A DNA stretch of 64,000 nucleotides from the human T2T-CHM13v2.0 reference genome, Homo sapiens. The first letter of the stretch is position 1; each line of letters starts with the position of its first letter. This document shows positions 32,070 to 45,956 of this stretch, piece after piece. Where the stretch lies: NCBI RefSeq assembly GCF_009914755.1, contig NC_060947.1; one strand, written 5' to 3'. Below the pieces are notes generated by a model. It had not been told where the DNA came from and ran no database searches. It saw only the letters and a list, made by a program, of their open reading frames with translations. A program made the position numbers and the translations under genes.

Positions 32070-33115
32070 AAAGCTTACTTATTATGACACATAAAGCATA
32101 AGCAACCAAAGAAATAAGTAGATAAATTGGACTTCATCAAAATTAAGATATTTTTTGGTTCAAAGGACACTATACAAAAGTGAAAAGACAGCCCATAGAA
32201 AAAGAAAAAAAAATTGTAAGTAATTTATCTGATAAGGACCTATTATCTAGATTATATAAAGAGCCTTTGCAACTTGACAGTAGAGAAAACAACTCATTTA
32301 AAAAAAAAATAAGAAAAGTACTTGAATAGCCATTTCTCCAAATAGGCAATAAGTACATGAAATGATGCTCACCATAATAGGTGTTAGAATGCAAACCACA
32401 ATGAATTATCATTTCACACCCAAGAGAATCGCTACAAAATTCAAACAAACCAACAAACAAATACCAGACAATAGTAATTCTTTGAGAAGACATGAAGGAA
32501 ATGTTGCTGGTGGGAATGTAAAATATTACAGCCACTTATAAACAAAGTCTCATAGTTCTTAAAAATGTTAAACATGGAGTTACCGTATGACCAGCAATTC
32601 TACCTAGATATATACCCAAAAGAAGAAAAAATATATGAGCAAACAAAAACTTGTGCATGAGTATATATGGGAGCACTACTCATAATAGCCAAAAAGTGGG
32701 AATAATTTACATGACCATGAACATATGAGTGAAAAAACAAAATATGGCATATTCATACAAGGAAATAGTATTCAGTGATTAGAAGGAATGAAATATTGAT
32801 ACATGATACATCAACAAAATTTGAAAATATTATGGTAACTGAAAGAAGACAGACACAAAAAGTGCATGTATACATAGCATCATTTATTTTATATAAAAGT
32901 GTCCATTATAAACAAACACATAGAGATACAAAGTAGAATAGTGGTTGCTAGGTTCTGGGGGAGAGGGGATAGAGAGTGACTGCTAATGGTACAGGGTTTC
33001 TTTTAGGGGTGACTAAATGTCCTGATATGAGATAGTGGTAATGATTGCACCACCCTGTAAACAAACTCAAAACCAATGAAGTGTAAACTTTAAGGGGTAG
33101 ATTTTAGGGTAGTTA
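32070..33115 (+). mobile_element. L1MB-type 3' fragment
   Basis: gataaattggacttcatcaaaattaag..., with 3' UTR ggtacagggtttcttttaggggtga. Confidence 0.8.
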
Positions 33116-33649
33116 AATCTGTTTTATTTATTTCACTTTTATATTAAGTTCAGGGGTACATGTGCCGTTTTGTCTTATGGATAAACTTGTGCTCCAGGAG
33201 TTTCATCCCCCAAGGGCATACGGGGCTGGTGGTAGACAGCTTGGTGCTCCAATGTAGAGAGCCTTGGAATGCCACGCCAGAAAGTTCAGATTTCATTTTA
33301 TCTCTAGTACCAAATGATTGCAAGGACAAATGTGAGTTGTAAGAGCCTGAAACATTGGCTGCAGCAATGAAAACAAAAATGATTGGCAAGATTCCAAAGA
33401 TAGTTTAATGGCGGAATTGGCTGACTCTCATTACATTTTTTAGAGAAAGGAAGAGATCAAAGATGCTGAGGTTTCAGTTTTGGTAAAGAGATTCACCAAA
33501 TTCAGTTTTATTCAGTTTATCCACTATTTGCTGGGTATTCCTGAGTTGTGGCAGCAGACGACAGGGAAGTTTGTTCTCGCAAAGACATTTCTAGTGCTGG
33601 AAGGCTCAAGGCAAATGTTTTGATAGTGTACTACCTCTAATCAATGTAA

Positions 33650-34084
<435 letters not shown>

Positions 34085-34748
34085 TGAAGAAATGATTGAT
34101 ACCAATTTAAAACCTTAGGCTGGCAGTACCTGTCTTTTAAAATATGTTTTTTGTGGTACATATTCAAAATACGTTGTTGGGTTTTTCAATCTCTGAAAAC
34201 CATGAAGCAAAAAACTTGGGCTGAGGAGAAGAGTGGGAGGAGGCGAGGCTACTTCCATGGAGTGGAAGTTTGCTGAGCATTTTCACATGGCCCTTGTTTC
34301 TATGGAAACAATTACCCTTGTCTGTACCATTTATATATGTTTAGAATAATCTCTTCTGTATTTCCGATCTCAAAGAAAGCCTCCTATGAAACTTGGAATC
34401 ATCAGTGGGAAACTATTTTAACACATTAGAAATCTGTAATGGAAGCGGACTAACGTTTTGGTCTTCAGAGAACGCTAAATAAAGTAAATGGTGACCATCT
34501 GGTTATCATTTGTAAATTTAGTGAACCTTGTAGGATGAAAGTTTACCTCATACCCGGCCATGGACTACATACTTTTAACATTTATTGACTGCTTACTATA
34601 TTTCAGGCACCATGATGCAAAGTTTTGTTTCACATCTTATTCAATCCTCAGAACAGCTCAGCGTGGTAGTACAGTTATTCTCATCTCCGTTTTACTCATG
34701 AGAAACTGGGGCTAAAGACATGAAGTGACTTGTGCAAGATCAGCCTGA

Positions 34749-35072
<324 letters not shown>

Positions 35073-35429
35073 GACTCTACTCTTTTTATGCCTGGCTGTG
35101 GCTTCCTGTGAGCTGATCTATTAGGCAGTAGTTGAGGTCTTCACTTACCCTGAATTTCTTCTGGTTCTCCACTACCGGTAAATGACTAACTCTGTGAATT
35201 GAGTAATGGATGAAGTCAGGAATGAGTCTATTGCATGCGTGCATTTATAGAAGAGGCTGCAGTGCCAAGACTCCTTTAGTTTTGTGTTTGCTCATTGTGT
35301 ATGGATGAGGCTACTCCAGTGTTCTCTATCTTTATTTCACATAAAATGCAGAGGATTTCAGGCCTGGGTGTAGATCATCATCACACATGTCTTGTTGTCG
35401 CTATGTTTGTAGGCAATAAAGGTAGGTTT

Positions 35430-36548
<1,119 letters not shown>

Positions 36549-37359
36549 TATCTCAAAGCCAATTTATAGTCTTGTGTGCACTTGTACAAACACAATAGAT
36601 GAACAGCATGGGCATGGCTATTATTATTAATTTGTGAGTAAGTGGTAGGGAGGAGGTCCAGGGAAGATTGTCTGGAAATAATGACATCTACGCTGCAGAT
36701 GTATGGAGGAACAGACGTTATCCTGGTGATTGGGATGCAGTGTGGGAGAAGGGTATCCCAGGCAGAGGAGATAACTTGTGTAATGTCAGGGGTGGGTGAG
36801 TAAGAGAGGATGGTATGCTCGCAGGACTCCTTCCTGCTCTGACCTTTGCCCTGACACTTCATGTTCCTGGTTCTCCATCGCCTCTCCTGAGCATCATTTT
36901 CTCTCCCACTACTCATGCTAAGCACTGTGCAAAGTTCAGTTCCTGGCCCAGTGATATTCTCCTTTTACTACTTTTGAAAAATTTTAAAAATGCCATTACA
37001 TAAAATATCATCCCTCCCAGGACCCCCGCGGTATGAAACTCCAGCTGAGTGGCAGTTCTTGCCTACAGCATTTACATTTGCACAGCCCAGCTTCAGCTCA
37101 ACCCTGAGATGCCAAAATGACACCCTTCACCTTTCCTTCCAAATTGTTGTCTAGATTCTGTATTTTAAAAAATATTCTCATCATCAATAAGTGACCTGGT
37201 CCTAAAACCTGGAGTGATCTCTGACTTCTCCTGCTACCAAACACCTTGTCAGGAATCAGGGCCAAACAGTGTTATTGTATACATCCTCAATTGTTTATTT
37301 TTCTTGAAATTCTAAGCAACCTTCGTCTCTCCCCATTCTGTGAGCATCTCTCTCCAGCT

Positions 37360-37620
37360 CCAATGACCAGTGGAGATTCTGTGTCAGGGCTCCAACCCCA
37401 GATTTCCCCTTCACATTGCCCTAGTAGAGGTTCTTCATGAGGGATCCAACCCTGCAGCATACTTCTGCCTGAACATCCAGGCATTTCCATACATCTTCTG
37501 AAATCTAGGCAGAGCCTCCCAAGCCCAAGCCTCAACTCTTACCCTCAGTGCATCTCCAGGCTTAACACCATGTGGAAGCCACCGAAGCTTGAAGCCACCA
37601 AGGCTTGAAGCTTGTACCCT
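37360..37620. mobile_element. THE1/MST internal fragment
   Basis: ccagtggagattctgtgtcagggctccaaccccagatttcccc...catccaggcatttccatacatcttctgaaatctaggcagag. Confidence 0.65.
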
Positions 37621-38277
37621 CATGTTAGTCTTAGATTATAGTATCCTGCAGGTAAATACTCAGAACAACTTCCAGCACTTGAATATCCACTCCTTCCCCC
37701 ACCCACATACTGGCAGAATTCATGTTGGGAGACTACATTTACTATGAACACACACCCCTGATTTGAAACAAGACTAGGATACATGGTAAAGAATGTTTAT
37801 TCACTAAAGTTTTGACAGACTGAAGGCCATTATTTCAGATTGGAGATAGGAAACTTAAAAGAACTACATGGACATTGGGTAAAAGAACATGGGTTGAAAT
37901 TTGCCTGGCAGTAGCCCAAAAGTAAATGGTCTTCGAGGTGCATGTGAAGGAACTGTAGGAGGGAAATGGGATAATTCACATCTCCACCAATAATTACATG
38001 TAGCCACACTAGCTTGGGGGATTTGAGGTGAGACATCTAAAATACTAAGTCATGGTGAGGGCTGGAAGACAAAAGAATGAATCACTTCATAGGAATGGCT
38101 GTGGGGAAGGGCTTGAAGGAATCATCCTCTGACTTCCATGTGAACCATGAACATTAAACATGGAGAAATGAGGAGCGGCGGCAGATCGGTTTGGGATGCA
38201 TCTTCAGGGGATGCTGAAACAACAACAGCATTTGGTTTCCTCTACATCCCTGTCACCCCTCCCCCACAAGCCCAGGG

Positions 38278-38404
38278 ATTGGTCAGCAGTGGTGCTTCGT
38301 GATGTCAAAGCCACCCTAGGACTGCCATTGGCTGGGACACTGCCTGTATGATCAAACAAAGCTCAAGGGTGTGGCTTTGCCTTGTCACCAGGAGGGTATA
38401 TATA
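38278..38404 (+). promoter_or_regulatory. SPANXN1 proximal promoter: inverted CCAAT boxes (38278, 38327), CRE-like TGATGTCA (38300-38307), TATATATA (38397-38404)
   Basis: Motifs read directly; TATA lies 114 nt upstream of the ATG; function inferred. Confidence 0.6.
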
Positions 38405-38510
38405 GGGAGGGCAAGAGCTCTGGGACATCCTCCTGGGAAGCTTCAATACAGCTGTGCAAGTCTGGAGTCTACAAGAGCCTACTATAGACATTCTACAACC
38501 AACCAGAATC

Positions 38511-38585
38511 ATGGAACAGCCCACTTCAAGCATCAATGGGGAGAAGAGGAAGAGCCCCTGTGAATCCAACAATGAAAATGATGAG
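38511..38585 (+). CDS. SPANXN1: SPANX family member N1, coding exon 1 (MEQPTSSINGEKRKSPCESNNENDE)
   Basis: ATG in context aatcATGG; 25 codons followed by phase-0 donor GAG|GTAAGA; peptide matches my recollection of human SPANXN1. Confidence 0.92.
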
Positions 38586-38592
38586 GTAAGAT

Positions 38593-39038
38593 TGTTAGGT
38601 TTTGAAGGGAAGGTGAGGGTGAAAGAAAGACACACAGAGAAGGGACGGCTCAAACAGCAACACAGGAATATTGCAGACACCTGTGGAAGTGGGAGACCCG
38701 CTTAATGCCAGAGCCCACCGCCGCTTACAGCCTGGGGTGCTTGTAGGTAGGGGTGGGAGGGGCCTGGGCAGTATGGCTTGCTGCCCGGCAGGATATTGAT
38801 AAGATGTTTTTATGATCAGGCTGTTTGGTCCTTTTTCCAGTGGGATGTCATTGTGGTGTTTCTTGGAACTTTGCCCAGCAAGATACCATAGGAAAGTTTC
38901 TTTAGTTGGACCTTTGTCCGTCTTGTGTTACGATGATTAGGCAAGATTTTTCTCAGCCTGAACCCCCGTGGAATGTTTCACTTTGATCAAGGTCTGAAAA
39001 ATAGCAGGGTGCTTACTAAATGGTGGTTTGGACTCACA
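38593..39038 (-). repeat. Proviral 3' LTR
   Basis: tgttaggttttgaagg...ttggactcaca; adjacent minus-strand polypurine tract aaagtagaaggcaagaa at 39039-39055. Confidence 0.92.
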
Positions 39039-39083
39039 TTCTTGCCTTCTACTTTAGTATAAAAGGAAGAGGGGCATTGTTGA

Positions 39084-40500
39084 TTATCTGGCTGCTTCCT
39101 GCCGAATAGGGGAGCTGTAATCAGGGTTTGGGTTTTGAAGCAGTGGGTGTTGGACTTCAGAGTTGTTTTCCTGGAGGCACTGGTACCGGACTTGGCAGAG
39201 GAGAAGGATGGTATCAATGTGTTGCTGGGTGGCTGCCTGGACAGGGGAGTTTAGCCTTCGGGAGATAAAGCAGGATATGAAGGTGAGTATACATCGGCCA
39301 AATGTACTATCAGGAGGAGGAAGATTAACGGCCCTAAGAAAGGGACCACCTGCTATCCCAGTGCTGAGTGCATCAGAGATGCTTAGTTCTGCTAACACTA
39401 GAATGAGATGTACAGCCTGCTTAGTGTGTGTGGAGGAAGATGAGACAGAAGCTACTAAAGGAACCTGGATGGTCTGCTTGTTAGGCAAAATGTTAATGTT
39501 TAGATTAACAAAAAAGTTGTAGATTATGGCGGTTAACGAAAGTTGTAGGTTATGGTGGCAAGCCATGAGAAGGTGGGGGTTGAATTCTCCACAAACACTT
39601 TGTTTTAACTTTTATATTCCTCCAAGTTCAATAGCTGCCAGCAAGGGTAGCCCCACTGAAGGCCTGATAGGAAATGTTGGTGGTGGAGGAGGTGAAGGCT
39701 GCTTGGTTTTGGAGAGAGAGGGGGAAATGGGTTTTTGTAACTAATAGCCACTGTGGTCCTTACAGGGCAGAAGGATACAGGTTGCAGTTGAGGGAATTGT
39801 TTGTGCATGTTTTCCAGGGAGCGCCCTTGAGTTGGATACATGAAGAGTGGCTCTAGCCAAGAGGGGAGGCGTTGGTAAGAGGTATTTTATGGAATCAGAG
39901 TTGTAACATGTTTAGTTAAGAGGCTATGAGGTGAAGGAGGGTGACAGCCCTGTGTGTGATGGTGTGGGTGGATTTAATGGATTGGGGGGAAAGGTGATTA
40001 GCCGAGCAAGATTATAAACAGGATTTGGGAATGAATTGGTCCAGTAGGTGAGATGCAGGTTTATTTTCGACCAGGTTTATGTGGCCAGGTTGACAGGAAG
40101 GGATGTGAACTGCTGGATTTGTGTGGACAAACAAGTTTAACAGTTGGAAGTAAAAGGGGAGTGTGACTGATTTAATGGGCAATGTGTGAGGCTGATGAAG
40201 GGGGCTCAACTGCTAGAGGTTGGGGGTGGGGACTTAAGAGTATCCCACAGACAAAGAGGACAAAGGAGAAAAAGGAGATTTGAGTAGGAGTGAAATTTTG
40301 GAAGGTGCCCTAAAGTCATACCTCCTGCGTTAGTGTGAGAAATTGGCATAGACTATCCAGGGACATAGGGAAGGGAAACCAGGAAAGATCTGAAACAAAG
40401 TAGGAGGTAAAAGATTGGAAATTGGCGACGGAGAGTGTTATGGGCTAGGGTGTTCTGGATTGGCAAATTCTGGAATTCTTGTTAAGTACAGTGAGGCTGG
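39084..40500 (-). pseudogene. ERV env remnant
   Basis: ORF 39084-39566 has a degenerate SU/TM cleavage site (HTKQ), a fusion peptide ending ALSTGIAG, and a membrane-anchor/tail-like 'TFGRCILTFISCFISRRLNS'; 5' limit approximate. Confidence 0.75.
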
Positions 40501-40559
40501 TCCTGTGAGGGAAGGAGAATAATTTGGGGGTGAACAAATTTCTAGATGTGGATCTGGTG

Positions 40560-43500
40560 CTCTTTTTAGTTTGAAATGGTGCATTCAGTGTGGAAAGGAT
40601 GTTAGCTTTGGCGCTGTGGGAGTAGTTAGGATAACCTGGTGGGAACCCCTCCACTTAGGTTGGAGAGGGAGGAGGAGGAGTCTGTGATTCAGACCCAGTC
40701 CCCTGGTTGTAGGGACAGGGAGGAGTGTTTTGAGGATGGACTTTTAGGCTGGGTCAAGTAAGCATTTGTGTACTGTCTTATTAGATGTTGGGTGAGGTGT
40801 AACGCCGGCCAAGTATTCCATATAGAAGGGGGAGAAAATACGGGGATATTTTGGAGGATAAATGGAGCATTTGTACATGAGTTTAAATGGGCTTAGGCTG
40901 AGGAGCTTTTGGGAAATGACTCATAAATGCATGAGGAACAATGGGAGAAGTGAAGTCCAGGCCATTTTAACCGTTAGGGAGAGTTTGGTTAGTTGTTTTT
41001 TATAAAATTTTTCCTGAAGATTCGGAGTGGTAAGGAATATGGAAAGCCCATTTAATGTTTAGAGCCTTTGCCAGCTGTTGGCTGAACTGTGAAACAAATT
41101 GACCCATTGTCTGACTGGATGCAAGAGCGAGTTTAAACCGGTGGATAATATGGGTGAAGAGAATAGACGTGATGGTGTGTGCCTTTTTGGTGGTGGTGGG
41201 AAAAACTTTTATTCATCCAGAGAATGTATCTACTATTGTGAGGTATAGGAATCACTTTCTGGGGGGCATGTGAGTGATGTTGATTTGCTAGTCCTGCCCT
41301 GGTAAGTGTCCTCAGGCCTCGTGTGTTGGAAAGGAGGTGGTTTGATAGCTTCCTGAGGGGAAGTTTGAGTGCAAAGGGAACATGCCTTAGTAATATCTTT
41401 GAGATGGGCAGCCATGGAGGAAGAATATATGTATGTTTTTAAAAGCTGGAGTAGGGGCAGTAACCGGCATGGAAATGGTTGTGCACATATGAAAGTTCAG
41501 AAGGTTTTTTAAACTTGGACAAGACACTTTTATCATTGAGGTGGAACCATTTTTTCCTGAATGGCGCCAGTCCGGGCAAGTGGGGTTTGTTCCTGCTGGG
41601 TATATACAGGGTGTATGCTGGAAAAAAATGAGCAATAACGATGGGGTTTTAAGGGCTGCCTGCCAGGCTGCCAAATTTATTGAAAGGTTTTTCTCGGTTT
41701 TGGCATCTGTAACCTTTCGGTGTCCCTTGCAATGGATAATGGTGGCCTTTAGTGGTAGTTTATCTACCCCCAGCAGCTTATGTATAAGTTTGCCATTTCT
41801 TGTGGAGGTTCCTTTTGTAGTTAGGAAACCCTGTTCCTGCCAGATGAAGGCATGAGACTGTAGGACATGGTATGCATATTTGGAATGGGTGTAAATGTTG
41901 ACCCTCTTTCCCTTTGCTAGGGTGAGGGCCCTGGTTAGGGCAACTAGCTTTGCCTGTTGAGAGGCAGCATGGGGTGGGAGAACATTGGATTCTAGGAGTT
42001 TATTTTCAGCAATGATGGAATAGCCAGCTGCTGGACATGGCTCCCTAAAAGAGCTTCCATTAACTAACCGTGTATGTGTTCCCTGCAAAGAGGCATCTGA
42101 AATGTGTTGGAAGGGGGAGGAGAGGGAGTCTAAGAGGTCCAGACAGGAGTGAGAGAGCTTAGAGTCGGAAGTGTTTACAGGGAGGAGGGTGGCTGGGTTG
42201 AGAGTTTTATATCTCTGGAAGGTGATTAGAGGGTTACCTATGAATAAGGCATGTACCTGCTGTAAGCAGGATGGTGGGAGGCATAGAAGAAATTGATGGT
42301 TTATGAGGTCCTGTAGGTAATGGGAAGATGCAATAGTAATGTGTTGGTAAAGAGGGAGTTTCTGTGCCTCTAAGGCCAGTGATGTGGCCACACCCAAGAT
42401 TTTTAGTCAGAGTGACCAGCATTGGATGACAGAGTCCAGTTGTTTTGAGAGATGTGCAATGGCTTCTGGGGCGTCGCCGTATGTTTGACAGAGTAGTCCA
42501 AGGACAAGGCCTTGGTCGGAATGTACATACAAAGTAAAGGGCTTGGTGAGGTTGGGCAGTCCTGGTGCCAGGGCCATTAAAAGGGCATTTTTAAGTTTTT
42601 TGTTTGTTTGTTTTGGTTTTGGTTTTTTGTTTTGTTTTGTTTTGTTTTAGTGGGAATTGATGGGGTAAGCTGGGTTTGGGGATTTTAGGATGGGCCCATG
42701 TGAGGCCATGTAGAGTGGCTTGGCCAGCAAGTCAAAGTTGGAAATTCATGGCCAAAAGTATCCCACAAGGCCCAAGAAGGAGAGGAGGTCCTTTTTTTGT
42801 GTGGGGAAGGGGCATGTCCCAAATTAGCTCCTTTCATTGGGTTGGGATGGCTCGAGAATTAGGGGTTAGGACAAACCCATGTTTGTGCTACCTGAGATTT
42901 TGTGGGTTAGGCCCAATCTCCTCGATTATGGAAGCAGTTTAAAACCTGAGTGGTGTGTTGAATGGACAGGTTAAGGAAAGGGCTACAGAGAAGGAGGTCA
43001 TTGACATATTGGAGGAGGGCACTAGGAAAAAGAGGAAGTTCAGCTAGGTCCTTGATGAGGGCCTGTCTGAATAGATGGGGGCTATCCTGGAACCCCTGTG
43101 GGAGTATAATCCATGTTAGTTGGGTGGACATGTGAGTATTAGGATTTGGCCAAGTTAGAACAAAGAGACTTTGGTAAGCTGGGTTTAAGGGAAGAGTGAA
43201 ATAGGCCTCTTTTAGCTCCAACACAGAGGAGTGTGTGGTAGATGTAGGAGTATGAGAGAGTAGAGTATATGGGTTGCAGACCACCAGATGGATTGGTACC
43301 ACTGCCTGGTTAACAACTTGGAGATCCTGGAAAAAGGGGTAAGTCTTGTCTGTCTTCTGGAAAGCCAGAATAGGGGTGTTGTGGGGAGAGTTGACGGGCT
43401 TGAGAATTTGAGCTTGCAAAAGTTTACAAATAGGATTGAGGCCCCTTAAACCGGCTGGATTAAGTGGATATTGAGACTGATGAAGGAAAATGGAGGGGTT

Positions 43501-43600
43501 CTGGAGGGTTATTTTAACTGGGATGTGATGTGTGGCTATTGTGGGTTTAGAAACATTCCAAAGTTTAGAATTAACAGAAGGTAACAGGGTGGATAATGAG
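40560..43600 (-). pseudogene. ERV pol remnant (RT, RNase H, integrase) with frameshifts and stops
   Basis: LPQGFQDSPHLF and LLQYVNDLLL (YVDD decayed) in ORF 42907-43419; RNase H motifs SQQAKLVALTRAL, VNIYTHSKYAY, IIHCKGH in 41387-42397; integrase CSLC; (TTTTG)n at ~42595-42648. Confidence 0.92.
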
Positions 43601-43629
43601 GATGAGTAGGGGGAGAGGGAAGCGTTTGG

Positions 43630-43990
43630 GTGTCAGAGTAAAATAAAAGGGGTAGAATTGTAGGAGCCACATTGCATGGAGGTCTGGGATTTACTTAATA
43701 TGTCCCACCCCAAGATAGGGGTAGGGGACTGAGGGATAACCAGGAAAGAGTGGGTGAAGGGGGCTGTTGAATAGGTTGCATAATAAAGGACGAGTCTGTG
43801 CCTAGAGGGGATTCTATTGACTCTCACAATAGAGATTGAAAAACGGAAAAAGGGTCTAGAATATTTGGGTAAAACCGAGTAACTAGTTGTCCTATTGAGC
43901 ATCCAATAGGAAAGACATGGGCTTACTAGAGACTGACAGAATTACCCTGGCTTCCGAGGTGGTGATGGCAGTACGGGCGGTGGACTCTAG
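43630..43990 (-). pseudogene. ERV protease remnant
   Basis: 'MSFLLDA' (decayed FLLDTG) and 'HSFLVIPQSPTPILGWDILSK' in adjacent frames. Confidence 0.85.
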
Positions 43991-44036
43991 GCCCCGTCTG
44001 TCTTCAGGTACGGGTGGTGAAGCAGGATGAAGAGTT

Positions 44037-45270
44037 TCACTGAGCACAGTCTGACTTCCAGTGTTGCTTGATACCACAGATGGGGCAAGGTTTCCAGAAT
44101 GTCCTGGGATTAGGGTAGGCTTTTTCCCAGTGTCCGTGTTGGACGCACTTATAACAGGCTCCTGGAGTTGACTGTCGCCAAGTTGAGGAATTCTGTATGC
44201 CTTGGGAACCCTGTTGAGTGGCAGCCACCAGCATTTGGTATTTCGCCTGGTCCTTCTTTAGGTTTGAGGTTTTTGGTTCTTCCTCTCTATTCTTAAAGAC
44301 CTTAAAGGCCACTTTGATTAAGTCTCTTTGGGAGGTTTGAGGGCCATCCTTCATTTTTTAATGTTTTTTTTCAAATGTCTGGGGCTGACTGGGAGATAAA
44401 GTGTAAATGGAGGTCGATTTTGCCCTTATTGTTATTAGGGCTTAAGGTGGCATATTTAGTTGTGACCTTTGGAAGGCAGGAGAGGAAAAGATCAGGGGCG
44501 ATATTATATATGCCAGCTAGAAGGCATGATATGATATGGCCTGGTTTCTGTCTGTCTACAGAAGTTGCCTGACAATTCCAATTGGGGTCAGTTCTGGGGA
44601 CAGCTAGGGTCCCTATTGGGTTGTGAGTAGCATCTTTTTGTTGGAGGGTGTTCTCATGGGCCTGGGTGCCAATAAAGATGTGTTCCCTGTCCTCCAGGGT
44701 GAGGGTAGAGGAGAGGATGACATATACGTCATGCCAGGTAAGGTCATAAGATTTAGGGAAGTACAGAAATTTCTTGCAGAAGGAGGTAGGATCCATTGAA
44801 AAGGAGTCAAGTCTCTTTTCAATATGGGAGAAGTCAGCTAGGGAACTTGAATTCAGATTGTGTCTTCAGGCCTCGCAACCTCCTGCAAGGGAAGGACTTT
44901 GGAAGGCCTTTGGGCATGTGCCTGGTTTCTAGCGAAAGGGGGTTGGGTGTGAGACCTGGTTTGAGGTGGAGAAGGAAGGGGGATGGAGGGTGACAGTAAG
45001 GGGGTGGAGGAGCCGGATCCGAAGGAGAAGGTGGAGGGAATGGGAGTGGGCAGGAGGCAGAGGAAGGGGTTTGTTGTCCAGGTTGAAATTCAGAGGAGGA
45101 AGGCTTGTCCGGAGGAGGAGGCATTTTGGGGGGTTTCTCCTTGAGGAGGAAGATTTGAAAAGGTGAACAAGATTGGCAGAGAGGGAGAGTGAGCTGTGAA
45201 CGAAGATAAGCAAAGCACTTCAGATTATTTACCCTTGTGTTGGAGAAAGTTTTTCAGATGATGTTGAATT
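44037..45270 (-). pseudogene. ERV gag remnant
   Basis: PPPPPY late domain; capsid-like YDLTWHDVYVIL and HFISQSAPDI; two zinc knuckles CYKCVQHGHWEKAY and CPICGIKQHWKSDC. Confidence 0.9.
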
Positions 45271-45304
45271 TGGAAGTTGAATGTTTTGTTTTTTTGGAAG
45301 AGGG

Positions 45305-45429
45305 GAGTGAATACTCTGGATGGGAGTGACTACCCCTAAGGAAAGTGAGTACCCTGGAAGAGAGTGAATATCCCAGAGCGGAGTGAGTTCTCCAGAGGGA
45401 AGTGAATACACCAGAGGAAAGTGAGTACT
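45305..45429. repeat. 19-bp tandem repeat (~6.5 copies) in the proviral leader
   Basis: Units (g/a)agtga.t.c...... start at 45305, 45324, 45343, 45362, 45381, 45400 and 45419. Confidence 0.85.
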
Positions 45430-45935
45430 TGATTCCGCCTGGAAGAAGGGACCTGGAGAGTCGGGGCAGCCCCGTACTATTCATGCTCCCCAGAGGCCGG
45501 AGCGGCCAGAGTGGCAAGCATTCTGAGGCTGTCCCCTGAGAAGGGAGGCTGCGGTCACCTGGTGACTGGGGAGACCTCTCACCCAGCACTTGATTGTTTT
45601 TTGGAGAACAGGCAGAAATAGAGAGGAATCCAGAAAGGAGGAAGAGGGAGACTCACCCACTAATTGACGCCCAGTGTTGGATGTGATGTCCAGAAATGGG
45701 GGTGATCCTTGTTGCAGCAGCGCAGAAAGGGGAAGGAAGGGAAAAGAAAAAGGTCGAGAGTTTGATCAATATCTGGAGGTTATCCCAGGTCTGGAGAAGA
45801 CTAGAGTATAAGGGGAATGGAACTAGGAACAGGGAGATCACAGGATCTGGAAGCAGGCCCCGGTCTAGTTTGTGCTGCTTTTCGCTTTCTGGGTTGCAGC
45901 AGAAAACTTACCCATTAGAACCCAATCACCAACCA

Positions 45936-45953
45936 CTCCAGGTTTTGACACCA
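45936..45953 (-). promoter_or_regulatory. Primer-binding site, best match tRNA-Phe
   Basis: TGGTGTCAAAACCTGGAG vs Phe PBS TGGTGCCGAAACCCGGGA: 13/18 identical, all mismatches transitions; 3 nt from the 5' LTR. Confidence 0.7.
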
Positions 45954-45956
45954 AAA

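Noticed and set aside
38454-38705. 83-aa single-exon ORF
   Set aside because: SPANXN1 exon 1 read through a strong GTAAGA donor into the LTR; the spliced form is the better model
39163-39856. Plus-strand ORFs inside the intron as alternative SPANXN1 exons
   Set aside because: Antisense frames of env remnants; no convincing splice-site pairs identified
41387-42397. 336-aa ORF, the longest in the track, as a possibly co-opted gene
   Set aside because: Fragment of a decayed pol with altered RNase H motif residues, a frameshifted end and a YVND RT motif upstream
45305-45429. CRISPR-like repeat/spacer appearance
   Set aside because: Eukaryotic ERV leader with a 19-nt tandem period, no unique spacers and no cas genes
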